Part shown: positions 1 to 13,080 of the stretch, piece after piece
How positions within the stretch are numbered: position 1 is the stretch's first letter
How the letters are laid out: each line of letters opens with the position of its first letter
NCBI GenBank assembly: GCA_013265495.1
Contig: MU058221.1
Location: forward strand, 310,001 to 374,000
Length of the DNA stretch: 64,000 bases
Source of the DNA: Vicugna vicugna
Taxonomy: Eukaryota
Direction of reading: 5' to 3'
Position numbers and translations under genes: made by a program
Notes under the pieces: generated by a model
The model's input: only the letters and a program-made list of their open reading frames with translations
Told to the model about the DNA's origin: nothing
Database searches by the model: none

Positions 1-847
1 GAAAGGCTTGGGGAGGTGAGTGGGTGAGCCACGCCTGTGTCTGGAGGAAGAACACGCGAAGTAGCCAAAGCAGGCCTTGAGGAAGCAGGCGCAGCGCCCA
101 GGCTGGCAAAGTCAGTTCTGATTCGAAGTTCCATCACTGTCTCTACTGTGCTCCGCTGAGACTTCCTGTCTGAGAGTCCCGCCGTTTCCCACACTGACAC
201 GAGTTGTGTGAGCAGAAACAAACGTTTCCTTTCAGAAGTGTCCATTAGTTTGCAATGTAATGTTTTATATAAATTGCGTATGTTCCTAAAATGGGCATGA
301 ATTGGGATTGCACTGTGGGTTCAACTCAGAAATATCATGAAAGACTGCAACAAGGATGTTGCGCAGAGTCTTAAAGTCTTACCCATCTTTTCTCTCATGG
401 GGCACATGGAAAACACACTTGTTTCCCCAAAATGAATGCATTAAATCCAGAATAAAGGAAGCAGAAAAAGCAATATTGCCTAGGCCTCGATCATTTTTTC
501 CCTAGCCTATTTTAAAATCTAGGGTGGGAAGCTTTTTCTATAACCCTGTCTTTGCAAGGAGATTTTCTCAAAATGAAACACGTTTTCTGGTTTAAAAAAA
601 ATATATGCATCAGCATATAAAGAAGAAATAAAGCAGTCAATACTAGGAACATGACATGCTGCTAAAAGAAAGGAAAAACCATCTCAGTGTACCTGGGGGA
701 TCCGTGGAGGAAAAGGGAAAAACAAAGACTGCAAATTCTATCCTCACAAAATACGCTGCTGGAAAGACTTAAGTTGTTTTAACCTTCTCTCTCCAAACCA
801 CTGGTTTCCTTGACCTTGCAAAACTCAGTCGGTATCTGTTCACATAC

Positions 848-1250
848 CTGTGGAAACAAGAGCAGTGCTGCCTTCTCTCTGCGGATCCTCTGGGATAATT
901 TAGTGACTTTAATATCTAATACCAGCTACTGTTATGCCGACTGCCTTTGTGCTCAGAACTCGTACCGCCGACCTAATGACGGACAAGATGACGGTCATGC
1001 CCGTAGCCACTTGCGGCAAAGGCCTCCGCGTGGCCTCACACTGCAGTGGAACGAAGAGAAGCTGCACACGGTGGCGGGGGGGGGGCAGCGGATGCCCGGA
1101 GCGGAGCCGGGGCTGCGTGGAAGGAGCGGCCTGACGGCGGCCTCACGAGCGCGCACCGCCGGGGAGGGGGGAGGGAGGGAAGCGCGCCCCCGGCCGGGTC
1201 CCCGCCCCAGCGACCGGAAGAGCAGCGGCCAGGCCGCCCGCGGGCTCGCC
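848..1250 (-). other. Candidate non-coding first exon of a minus-strand gene continuing left of the window; contains a short uORF (MTVILSVIRSAVRVLSTKAVGITVAGIRY*)
   Basis: It leaves the CpG island and ends at CAG|GTATGT. All three frames contain stops before the donor. The 5' boundary is a guess. Confidence 0.45.
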
Positions 1251-1560
1251 TGGGCAGACGCGGCGCAGCTGCCGCCGAAAGGGCTCGAGGTGGACGAGAC
1301 ACACGTAAGTCCCAGCTGTCCCTCTGGGCCTTACTCAGTGACAACACAGGGCCGCGGTGGTCGCGGCTGGGGACGACACCAGCCGTCCACGGCTCGCGCC
1401 TCCTGCGAGATTCTGCCTTTGGCAGAGTACCCCGTTTTCGTAAGCTGCTGGCGGGGTCCCAGCCAGAGCAGCAGGGCCGGCCTCGCGCGTCCCCCTCGTG
1501 CGACCCGCTCCGGGCCGTCAAATAAATGCCCGTCTTCGTAGGAGCTCATCCTGCCGTTTC
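960..1560. promoter_or_regulatory. CpG island 1, probable (bidirectional) promoter
   Basis: Dense CpG and high GC in an AT-rich background, with GC boxes and G-tracts near 1161-1180. Splice donors point outward on both strands: minus CAG|GTATGT at 848/847, plus CAC|GTAAGT at about 1303 and AAT|GTGAGT at about 1571. Confidence 0.85.
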
Positions 1561-2654
1561 CAGAATACAATGTGAGTATTCATTATCCAGACCGCGGAGC
1601 AAGTATTCAACCCAAAGACCGACTTCTTTCAGAGCCACGACAATGGCTAGCGGGCTTGGTGGAAGGAAGGAAGAGAACATTCGGAGTAAAGCCAGGCTCT
1701 GCCGTTAGCACAGCAATTCCAGCAACAAACTTCACCCCCTTTTACGCATCTGAAAGATAAAAGATTTTTAACAACTGATTTCTAAGGTCCCTTCTGGCAT
1801 TAAAAGCCAGTAATTTTATATCCTTCATGTTCATGTAATGGCAAATTCAGTAACTACATCCTTTTTTCCTGATTATCTTCTGGAAAAATATCTGAGGATG
1901 CCTAACACTTAAGCCAATATTTCTGTGACTGCCTTTTTGGGAAATGATTATGTGTGTGCTGGCAAAGTCCCTGGTGTTAACTGGTGCTGGGTTAACGTCA
2001 CAAATCCGTATCAATGGGAGAGAATGAGATGGAGATACAGGTGGACGACAGGGAACTGTGAGTAAAAGAATGACATAGTGTGCATGTTAGTAAAACCTAT
2101 CAGATTTCTCTTGAGTGGAAGATAACTGAAGAAATACTCCTTCACAAATTACATTTTAAAATCATATGTAAATAGCCCAAAATTGTTATCCACTCACTTT
2201 ATTTAGCATAAACAATCAGCATGTGTTCATGCTTAAACATCATATTTCCTCAAATGTCCAATGACACCAAAATAATTCACACTGAATTTGCTGCTGTGGA
2301 ATGTTGCTAAGCTTTCAAGCTAAGGAGGGTAAAATGCCAAAATTTTTGAACAAGGTATTAGAAGTTTTCATTGGTCATTAACACTTGAGTGAGAATTAAT
2401 CTTTATTGGTTACTAATCAGACTGTAAAGGAATAGGACATAAGGTAACAATACAGTACTGTGTTTACAACTAGAGTCTCATTTAGGGAGAGATGGGTAAC
2501 AAACAAGAATGAGTGTTGCTGTTGAGGAAGTGATTCCAGAATCCTCAGACTGATGCCAAAAGAAGAAAGGAGCATAGAAAGACGGAGTAACTTTCAGTAT
2601 CCTTGTGTACTTTTCATTATTGCCTCTGGTGGATCTTGACTTCGCAAAACCTCA

Positions 2655-3115
2655 TGTAGAAAATTAAATTACTGGCACCAATTCTTCACTCTCTTGTTTG
2701 GAAGTGGGCATCCACATTCTTGTCATGTTATTATGGTGAAATTCCACGTACTTTCACTTGGGGCTTGGCTGTGTAACTTGCATTGGTCAATGGGACGCTA
2801 GTGGATGTGATGCTAACTGAGGCTTGAACTACGATTTCTCATTTTGACCTTTTATACTCAATAATTTGTCATGAGAAAAATATACACTGGACAGCAACTG
2901 ACCAAAGGAGAATGAGAGGCATATCGGTACAAGCTTCAGATTTCAGCCAAGCCCATCCATCCCGTAGCCTGAAGCAGTGTGATAAAACTGCACAACTGAA
3001 CCCAGACTATGCTATTAGCAGGTCTACAGTTGCCTACAAACTGAGGGTAGGAAAATGCTTACTGTTAGAAAACACTGAGTTTTGGGGTCTTTTGTTACAC
3101 AGCATTATTATATTG
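2655..3115 (+). mobile_element. Old MaLR LTR (MLT1H/I/J-like)
   Basis: Motifs gggcttggctgtgtaacttgcattggtcaatggga and the terminal cactgagttttggggtcttttgttacacagcattatt. Confidence 0.65.
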
Positions 3116-3724
3116 AACAACAACAGTAACCCCTGCTTTAGTAGTGCCTTCTCACTACTAAAGGGAGTTTCATCTTGCTTACTTCTTGTATATCAAAGCA
3201 ATATATATTCATTGCAAAAAAATTTAGAAACGAATTTTGTGTATTCTATTTTACCAAATATATGGACATAGTCAAGCTTATAGCTACTCTGACTTGAATA
3301 TACATGAAAAGCAAATAAAATGAATGTTATGTCTGCAAAAATAAATGATTCTGCTTTCATGAATCTGCATTTGTATTGCAGATCTACAGAGAGATATTGG
3401 GATTGAAGTCAGGATTGAACATGAAGAAAAATTCCTTGAATGTGGACTAATTTCAAACAAGTTTTTTTGAAACCTTTGCACACCTCAGGTGTGCAAGGAC
3501 ATTTTATTTTAAATTTATACACTTAATCTGAGCTATTATTTGTAATATATTTGCACCAAGATTTTTCCTCCTCTGTTTGCCAGACCGTATAAAATCAAAT
3601 CATCTTGCATCAGCTGGTCAGTGAATAAAGTATGAAGAGCATCCCATACTATAGCTAGAAACAAAATTACGTATTTCAAAACCTTCAAACTATACACTGA
3701 TGGAAATAATATTAATGGTAAAAA

Positions 3725-3860
3725 AGCATCATTTTGAAGTGCTACTATATGCCAAGTGCTGTGAGGAGCATTCTGCGTGTATTATTTCATTTAATTATTA
3801 CAATACTTTAAGTCGGCTCTATCAGCTGTCTCATTTTGTTAGCTGAGGAAATTGAGGCAA
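3725..3860 (-). mobile_element. MIR SINE fragment
   Basis: Core-like sequence gtgctactatatgccaagtgctgtg...ttatttcatttaat...cattttgttagctgaggaaattgaggca. Confidence 0.7.
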
Positions 3861-6800
3861 CTCTCCATTTTTCTTGTAAGTCCATACTGAAGCAAAAATG
3901 TCCTAGTGTCTGTTACCAACATAAGGAAAATGTGATCTATTGAAAACAACCAGTTTATGTACCTAACTGCTGCTCCGTGTTAGATCATCATGGGACAGGG
4001 CAAGGACTGGTTTGGGCCCCATCTCCCACCTCTGCTATCATTGATATTATGTCAAAGATTTTCCAAATATCTGCCAACCCTCCTAATATGTAGAGACTTG
4101 GACACATTTTTTCCTTGTTTGTTAATGATTGATGGTGTTAAATGGAACAGCATTGAAAATCTTGTTAACATCAAAATATATTTAATCTATTGCTTCTCCT
4201 TGATCTCCTAAGTCACTCTGACATACAAGGAAATTAGAGTAATCTGACATGATTCATTCTTTATATGGCCTTATTTATTACTCCCCCGTACAAGGTAGCT
4301 GCTTGTGTTCATCTAGCTGTTGCCAATTGATTTTTGATGATAAATTCTATCTTCTTATTTTTTCTGCATTGGAATTTAAAATGTATCATTACTTTGTGAT
4401 CCCTTCTGTGAGTTGGGAAAATGATATAAATATATTTAATTGTGTTCATCTGTTCTATTAACAATTCTTAAAATTGAATTTCTTGATTCTCTAAGTTTAA
4501 AAATTTAAAAATAATACATATTTTGAATCAATTGACATTTTTGTTATCAGAGGCTGTTAGTCACTGAGAACAAGAGATTTGAATACATACAATTCAGTCC
4601 TAATTTTAATTTTTTTAAAATTTACTTCTTTCTACCCTAGCTCAAGTGTAGCATTGCTTTCCTTTTTTCTTTTCTTTTTTTCTTTTTTCATATTACTATA
4701 GTGGGACTGTTAAAACAAAACTGAAGACAACAGTAGCATTAAAGGTTTTGCTTTTTGAGTGTTCTTTCTATGCGTGGATTATTCAGTTTTGATAATTTAG
4801 CCAAAGAACCATGTTAGAGTGACTTTTAGGACCCACCACACTGCTCTTCATCCTGTAAGCATTATGAGGGAAGCAAGGAGTATAATGCATTCTATTTGTC
4901 TTCAAGGAGCTTACAGGGTTAGCCAGGATAAATCAAGAAATTAAAGGCTAGATTAATTACATAATGAGACACATCAGGTCACTGATGTACTTAGGTATGA
5001 AAACGCTGATGGAAAATGTTGTCCCTGTGATACCCTGCACTTACTTTACAGACAGAGAAAAGAGCTCACATATTCTAGGGAGCGGCAGAACAGGTGTTGA
5101 ATTCTTGCGATCACTTAAAATCTTGCTGATTCAAAAACAGAACAAAAAATGTTGCTGCTTAGGGCAGGGCCCAGATATTTATGGCCCTCCTAGTCATTTC
5201 CTGGCCTGTTGTCCATTAACTGACTACATCTTTGGCCACTTGCCCAGCAGGATACACTGCCCTTTCCACGCACCCACGTTCTGGATATCACTTACATTTC
5301 ATGGACGTCTCCTAACCAGTCCTTCTGGAAACCAAGAGTTTAAAAGTGAAACACTATTGAGAAGAAGAAAAGTTGTCTGAGAATATAGTAAACAGCACTT
5401 ACACATTCAACATATAAGAAAGCAGAGCGGAAGAGAACAACCGTGTCCCAGAAAGAGCAGCGAGGAGGGTTCGGGGACGGCGCCACGAGGGTGTGCAGAC
5501 AGGCGCCTCCGCGTTCCGCCAGGCCTTCTCCTCCCCTCCAGAAACTCACGCACAGAAGCCTGTTTCCAAGTTGCTTCTGGATAACCCCTCGTTAATCTGC
5601 TCCGGAGGCTTCATCTTTGCAGTCAGTACTTCCAGTTAAACTTCCCCCAATTTCGCAACATAAAAAAAGCATTAGATTAAATGAAGTAATGTAACTTGAA
5701 AGTGTCTGGCACACTTGTTGAATATAAATACAATATTCTTCACTATATTTCTAAAACTTCTCATTCCTTGTTAATCTTTTCTGAAGGCACCCTAAAGTAG
5801 TGATTTTTTTTTCATTCTGTCATCTTCTTAGGAGAAAGATGAGTGTTTAGTTTTATAGTTCTTCCTACCCTTCCTTCCCAGCTTGGTGTAAGGGTTGGGA
5901 ACGTTTTCTTGTCTAGCTTTCAGCAGTTTTTAACGGTTTTCCTAGAATCTTTTGATGTTTAGACTACATTTCCATGGATCGTCTCCTGTGATCTCCATTA
6001 AGGCCTCTGAAATTCACTTTCTACCTCACTGTATTGAAAATTTCTAATGGTCTGAAAAGTGCACAGAATGACATCAAGTCGAAGCAACAGAGAGGAGCTC
6101 AAACACAAAGAACTTGCTCCAAAAGTTCAAAGCCCTTTTATGCATTCAGCTGACTATTCATAGATACCCTTTCTTCTGCCAGAGTGTTGGAAGCAGTTTC
6201 TGAAGAATGTGTGGAGGTTGTCTCATTATCGCCAGCAAAAGGAGCTAAGCACATTGAAAACACATACCAAAAAAAGTGGTTCTATTATTATATGTTACAT
6301 TTTGTCCCCAATATTATTAATAACCATGGAAGAAAACATGTATCAAACTCTGAGGTCAGTGAAATCCTGGTGGTTAAAAAGGTAAGATTAAAAAAAAAAC
6401 CTGCATGTTTCCTGAACATGCTCTTTTCACTATAACTGTGAAAGCAGCTTAGAAACACTAGATTTTATTTTTCTTATGCCAAAAAAAAAAAGGAAACTTC
6501 AAAAAATGCCAATGTATGCACACTTTTTGAGAAAGGAGAGAAATGGTAATTTTTATCTTACTAATTTTTCTAGATCTGACAACTATAACATTTGTTATTT
6601 AAACTTGTTTTCTGTACCCTTAGTAATTTTCATCAGTTCATTAATTCATATTTTATCTTTATTGGAATGATTACAATTTTAGACAATTTTGTTTTATTTT
6701 CCTGTATTCCTTCATGATAAACGAGGAATTGAATTTGCTTGAAATGTTAGGAGCTTGAGCCCAGTGAGATCTAACTAACCTAATGTTAAATGTAATCACA

Positions 6801-7625
6801 TCTTATTCTGACCATTCACTGCTTTTTAGTATGGTATTTGATAAAATTTAACTGTGGCAAATAATAATATAAATAAATCAGACAATGGTTTTTTACAATT
6901 GATAGGTACAAGAATAGTCAAAAATGGGAAGAGGAGAAATATGGATCATAAATAGAAACTATTAACATTTGTTCAACATTGTTTCAGATTTTCTGGACAG
7001 ATAGTAAGATAGGAGACATACAGGCATACAGACATACAGATAAAACATGTTAATTAGTATTTTATGACATTTTTAGTTACATGTATTAGTTTTTGCATGA
7101 TTGTAAGAGGGGCTAATACTGAAATAAAAAGGAAAATATTGCAGAGCTTAAGGTCAAAAGTTTTTCACAAGGTAATAGTTTATTAAAAATGATCCCTCTG
7201 AAGCTAATGGGGCAGAGGAGGCTTGAAACATATCCAAGATTGGAGTGACTGTAGTTTGTTTTTAATTAAACATTCCCAAAATATCCAACATTTCCGACAC
7301 GTTTTAGTATTTCCAGCACTAACTTTCTGCCATGAAAGAACAGAAAACAGGTGCTCTGATAGCTTTAGTTCCCTCTCTCCAACCCCGTGATCTTACGTGT
7401 TTATTATTTTTATACTTTCAAGTATAACTTCCGCAGTTATAGGACTTCTGTCATGTAAGTGATTCATTTTCATTCCTTCTTTCCTCCACTGCATCCTTCA
7501 TTATTTTGATATTTGTGAATCTGTCACACAAGTGAGTAACGATTTCCCCTTTTCCTTCCCACCGGCAGTACCAGGCGATTTGCTCCGTTGCAGACCAGCT
7601 TCCCCTGCTTGTTTTTTAAGCTGAC

Positions 7626-7707
7626 CTTTACTCTTCCAGTGAGCCATGGTCGTGGACATTTGTGTCTCTTTGAGTATATCGTGAGAACTCTTTTTGATCT
7701 GTGTCAC
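7626..7707 (-). other. Candidate exon
   Basis: Acceptor gcttttgttttgcatgcaaatcttacag| at 7708/7707 and a possible donor AAG|GTCAGC at 7626/7625. Confidence 0.3.
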
Positions 7708-10700
7708 CTGTAAGATTTGCATGCAAAACAAAAGCACAAATCATTACTACTTATTTGTTACTGATGTAAAATGCATTCCAAAGGGAGGAGGGGGAAAATC
7801 TAAATTACAACGGTTTAAAAGAGAGTTCACTTCCCAGGAAACATACCAGGAAGATTATTTCACTGTAGCATAAAAAGGACTGATGGCCTTACAGAAATAC
7901 GTGATCTAAAATATTTTTGTCTTTGCAAAGTCCATATGAATATGATTAGTAAATATTTGGAATTTATGTGATGCTTAATAAACTAAAGCATCATAAAAAT
8001 AAAACACATAGCCAATCTGCATTTTAGGAATGAATAAACAAAATAAAATAATGAAATATAAGGAGATATTGTATAGGACATATTTTTGCATAGTTTAGAA
8101 TACTTTTATTTTAGTGCAGCGGTCTTTTGCAGGAAGAGTTTCACCCACAGAGAAGTGGCACATATTTTGATAATTATTGCTCCCCTCAGTTTCAGCTTCA
8201 GTAGCATCAATAATAAGAAAGACTAGTGGCATGTATTTCTATTGCTTTTATCTCCTAGGAACACGCAGACTTTTAGTAATTGTGATTTTAGCAAGTGTGA
8301 TGTTGTCTGTCTTTGCAATAGCCACGCAAAAGAAGCGGCAGAAGTCAGAATCATAGTGATCACAGTTTTAAAGTGACTTTTAAAGCCAAAGAAGAAGTCC
8401 TGGATCCTGATGTCATGGAAGATTTTTATTTCCAGTTACAGATGTAAAAGCCTAGAGAGGAGGCAAAGTAGAAACAAAAATCCACAGAAAGGGGGAAGAT
8501 AAAACACGTACACATGCACGCACTGGTGCACACACCCAAGAACCGCTTTAGGTTTTCAAATAAAACTAAGAAAAATCACATACCTTTTTATAACATTTCT
8601 AAATTAAACATGACAAACAGAATAATATCAGTAACAAGGCAAGTAAATTACAATGTATTTCACGTGTTTGAACTGCCAAAGAATCTTAGACATACAAAGG
8701 CACCGACAATAACTGTATGACTCTGTCATGCATTTTCTTAACTGCTCGTTATTGGAAAATTTTAGTATTTTTGTTGTCTTCAAAATGTTTGGAGTTCTGC
8801 ATTTTTGCTACTAGTTCTATGAATGCCCTTTTCTGAAATTTCCCTATGGGAAAAATCATGCTATTCTAGCTTGCCATACAATGATAGGCACCATTTGTTT
8901 TACTAAATGCTTAACATTTATGAGCATTCATGAAATAAAAAAAATCATAAACATTATGGAAATAATTCGTAATTAAATATTAATCAACATCAGAAAAGTC
9001 TGTGAAAACTATTTTTGCAGTTCTGATTTTTATTATCTAGCCTTGTTTGTGCTGAAAACCTAATTTTCTAACTCTTAAAATAGAATAAAATAATATGATG
9101 ACTAATATAAAATATACTCTTGTCTAAGATAATTTTGTGCTAGTTAGCTTAATTTTAACGTTAAAATCTTTGAATTTCTTGTATGGACAAAACTTGCCTC
9201 CCTTAATTTAGGTCATTGAGCCAAGCCCCTCATGCTTCAACTGGTTGTTAGGAAAAAATAAGTTATTAAAAAAAGAACTTCACTTTTAATGTCATGGCCC
9301 TGAGTCAAAGCCACATGGAGACAGGACAATAGCTCTGAAGGACAGAGCGTTGGGGCTACTGAGAGTGGCGACCATCAGTCAAGCGCTGGTGATGCCGTGG
9401 AGAGCATCTGCTGTCAAGGACGGCTCAGTAACCACCAGGAATTCCTGGCATTTTCCCTGTAAAAATATGCCAAGTAACAAGAGATGGAAGCCCAACATAG
9501 CTCAGGTCCATAGCAGTGTCACCACTATTTCTGACTGAAATAAAACATTCAGTTTATGAGACTCTTTTACTTTGGGATTTTGTGTGGGCATTAAGGAAGA
9601 AGTAATTACAGCCATTCTATCATTATATTTTTCCCTTATACTTCCTTAAAATGCTTGTTATTAAAAAAATAGCTAGGTTTAACTATGGGGTGAGTGTTTG
9701 TAAATTAAGCTCACTTAGAAACTGTCCTGTAACTAAGATCAGTTTCAGTATTTACCACTGATAAGTATCAACGTATATAACCTTGTCTGAGCATCAGACG
9801 TGTTGTGAAATACTAAAACGTGTGAGCACAAATGCACTCAGTGTTCAGACGCACTGTTACCGACTAACGTATTTGTAAGTGACAACACAACACAACACAA
9901 CTGGCTTTGATATTACAATCACAAGCCATTTGATATTACTTGCTGCAAATATAAAACAATATTTTATCTTTGTCCATCAAATATAGGCTTATGATGAACA
10001 CCGCGTAAGTTTTTACATGTTGAGAAAATATATTGAAGACAGTTTATTTTTTATTTCACACAATTTTGCTTTACTTACTCAAACACTCCTTGAATTTCGC
10101 CACATTTTGACCCACAGCAGGCTACTCTGAAAGGTGCAAAGGCTTAGTTTGGTTCGTGGGGCCTCAGTGTCTTTACCCTGTGTTTCCAGCTCTTTGTAAA
10201 ACACTTTGGCTTCCATTTCTTATATTCTAGATATTTGCTCTAATGCCTGATTTTACATCACTGCCAAGTTCCACAAGGACTGGATGTTTGTTTTTTTTTT
10301 TTTTTCGTTGTCAGATGAATCCTAGAAGTTGACTTAATAGATGGTTAATATGGCTCTGAAACATAACTGAGAATAAATTAATTAGTCTAACAAGATCCTG
10401 AAATGTCTAACATAAGCTTAAATAAGGCCTATTCAAGCCACCACCGATAAGCAAAGAAACTTACTTAATTAGTTACTGAGATGTGGGGCATAAGCTTCAT
10501 TTGTTTATCTCCAGTGATTTCTCCTTGGCAATAGTTGTGAAAATCATTTTCTGTGTCACTTTTCTATGATTCCATCAACTATAAATCTCCAAAATAGAAG
10601 AACTGGCATAAAGATGCAGCGCGCATCTGAGCGTTTGTTAGAGTTGCAGAGCAATAAACATGCCTGCTCATAATTAATGCATCCATTTTATATTTTATCT

Positions 10701-11028
10701 CACTGGCTTCTGCCAAACCCATGCCTTATTTTTTTTGTTTTGCCTCTTATGAGTATCTTCTGAATATCTTTTTCTCTTGAATAATAAAAATACATCTTAT
10801 TCCTGGCACTTTATTTTCCCCAGGGTGAATAATTTAAAATAGTGAAAGCATGTGAGACCAAGAAGCAGGTATATTTCTTACAGTGTGTTCTTCCCATCGG
10901 TCCAAGTGTTTGAGTTCAGCTTGACAAGAATTAAATAGGCTTAATTCTGGTGAGGGATAAAATTCTCCTGACAATCACCTCCAACCAGAGGATGGAACAC
11001 ACTGTAAGAATGAAAGTCAGGATCTTAC

Positions 11029-11075
11029 TTTTGCTCATCCTGGAAATCTTGTCTCCCCAAAGGCAAAACAAACTT
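11029..11075 (-). other. Candidate 47-nt exon ending in ATG AGC AAA A
   Basis: Acceptor cattctccctcatgtttcctcag|, donor AAA|GTAAGA, and an ATG at 11038 with A at -3. Confidence 0.35.
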
Positions 11076-11327
11076 CTGAGGAAACATGAGGGAGAATGAT
11101 GTTTCACTTGGTGCCATGAACTCAAAGTAGACATATGCTGACCTTCAGTATTTGTTTATACATCCTATCTTTAAATATATGAGAAACATGGACTCTCTCC
11201 ATTCTAATATACTTCACTGCCTGTCAGGAGGAAATTTACTTCAGATTTATTGCCTCAGAGAGAAAGTTGAATATTTTCAAAAGGTTGTCATTTTGATTTG
11301 GCATCTGACTGTTTCTATTTGTGAAGT

Positions 11328-11640
11328 TGTTACCAAGTCCAAACTCATTCTGCTCGACGCACAACAGGCCAATAACCTGGGAGACGAGGTGTTGGGGCAA
11401 GGAACAGTGACTTTATTCAGAAAGCCAGCAGACAAAGAGGATGGCAGACTGCTCTCTTGGAGAACCATCCTGTTCCAGTCAGAGTATGGGCTCCTTTTAT
11501 ACAAAACAAAACCAAAACCAAAAAAACAAAACAAAAACAGGGGAGGGGGTGTGGTTGGTTGTTGCAAACTTCTTGGTGTAGGAATTCTTGGTTCCTGCAA
11601 CTGCTCACGTGGGCCAGGTCATGGTGCCCCTGCAAAACCT
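11328..11640 (-). mobile_element. ERV1-type LTR, interrupted (same family as 39292 and 51401)
   Basis: Aligns by eye with the other two copies (tgttaccaagtccaaactc...gaggtgttggggcaaggaa...actttatt). AATAAA is on the minus strand. Confidence 0.85.
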
Positions 11641-12029
11641 TGTTGATGTCCTTGAATGAGTAAGGCCTTGGGGCCCAAGGCCAAGGTCACAACAACATGC
11701 TTGTAGTATGAGGTAAATAATGATTGTGCACATGTGCCAGTTATATAAGTTTTAGAGCAAATAAAGCAGAAGTACGCATGCCCCTGTGGTGGTGGGTAAG
11801 CCTCATGGACAAAGAAAATGACACTGCGCATGTGCAGGCAGAAGACAGATAAAAGCTGGACAAGTGCGCGTGGAGCGCGCGCACCACCTTGTGGCAAGAG
11901 AATGAAGTGCTGCTTCCCGCTGTGTCGGCTCCTGGTGCCATCTGCTTCGCGGTGTGGCAGCTCCTTGTGCATTTTTCCGGTCGGGCCGCTCACCTCCTCG
12001 AATTCCACTTCAGCCCCCCTCAGCTGACA
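11641..12029 (+). mobile_element. CpG-rich solo LTR of a different family, nested in the 11328 LTR
   Basis: Starts TGTTGA exactly where homology to the sister LTRs stops and ends GCTGACA. Has a TATA-like gataaaa followed by a degenerate polyA signal (aatgaa). Confidence 0.6.
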
Positions 12030-12549
12030 CCAATGATCTGGGTCTTTTTTTTTTAAGTTTGACTTAATTTCTCTAATATGTCATCATTAAACTATGTGTA
12101 ATTACAGTTTTCTTACAGAACTGCTGGACAATGAGGAACAAATGTGACGTTGCATCAGGTGATGAGGGTGTCCTCACGCCGTGAAGGCTACACCAACATT
12201 ACTCCAGAGACTCAACAGCTCATTCCAGGGAGACACATGACAAGACTGAAGTGTAAAGCTCGTCACTTGCATTAGGATTTGATAACATGCCTCCTGCACC
12301 GTGAAACCTGTAGGAAGTCAGAAATTGGCAGGACTTTTGGCTCAACGTGTAGGAATTTTCCGAGGAGAGGCCTAGGGCTAAGATCCAATTAGGGCAGAGA
12401 ACACCCCACAAACAGCAGGCAAGGGTAAGGCTAGAAACAGCTTGTGGAGTCTCACCACACTTGGCTGCAGTGTGTCCGTGATCATTCACCACAGGGATCC
12501 TATGCACCATGCCTCATTCTTGGTGCATTCCCTTGGTTTCTCTATATTT

Positions 12550-12760
12550 GTCTATTATTCACTACGAGGTACTGCACTGAGTGATGTACCTGCAATAGCG
12601 TATTTAATCTTTACAGCACCAATACGAAAGACGCACTAAACTGGCCCCATTTTCATTTATGAAAAACAGTGAACTCCAGTAGCAAGAGGCAGCTTTTCCA
12701 CAGTTACACAGAAAGAAAAGGACAAAACCTGAATTTAAAACAAAACCATCTTTACTCCAG
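12550..12760 (-). mobile_element. MIR fragment
   Basis: Motifs tatttaatctttacagca...ccccattttcatttatgaaaaacagtg...cacagttacacag...cctgaatttaaa. Confidence 0.55.
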
Positions 12761-12967
12761 AAAGCACACTATGAAATACCTCATTGTGATCCCTCTTAGG
12801 GTTCTTAGTTACTCTGAGTGACATATTAAGAGGTGTGTTAATTATGGTTTTTGTTAACATTTCCATAACCTTCATGCACTTCACCTTTTCTTCTACTGAA
12901 ATATTTTTAACAATTGAAATTTGATTCCTTACATGCTGGATTCTAAACTCTAAAACTGGTTCTCAGT

Positions 12968-13080
12968 GGGGAGGGTACAGCTCAGCAGTAGAGTGTGTGC
13001 TTAGCATGCACAAGGTCCTGGGTTTGAGCCCCAGGACCGCCATTTAAATAAATAAATAAACCTGCCTTCCCCAAAAAACA
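12968..13080 (+). mobile_element. tRNA-derived SINE of camelid type (Vic-1-like)
   Basis: The head GGGGAGGGTACAGCTCAGCAGTAGAG...GGTCCTGGGTTTGAGCCCC carries Pol III A/B boxes, followed by an (AAAT)n tail. The TSD is aactggttctcag / aactggttcccag. Confidence 0.9.

Noticed and set aside
810..1570. Long overlapping ORFs (243, 161 and 159 aa) in CpG island 1
   Set aside because: They are low-complexity R/G/P/A-rich frames open on both strands, as expected from stop-codon scarcity in GC-rich DNA, with no recognisable domain.
11152..12027. Cluster of ORFs with similar peptides at 39340 and 51727 (LGDEVLGQG...KPADREDGR)
   Set aside because: The similarity comes from the shared LTR family, not from a protein family.
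12968..13045. tRNA gene
   Set aside because: The tRNA-like head has degenerate boxes, an A-rich tail and a TSD, so it is a SINE.
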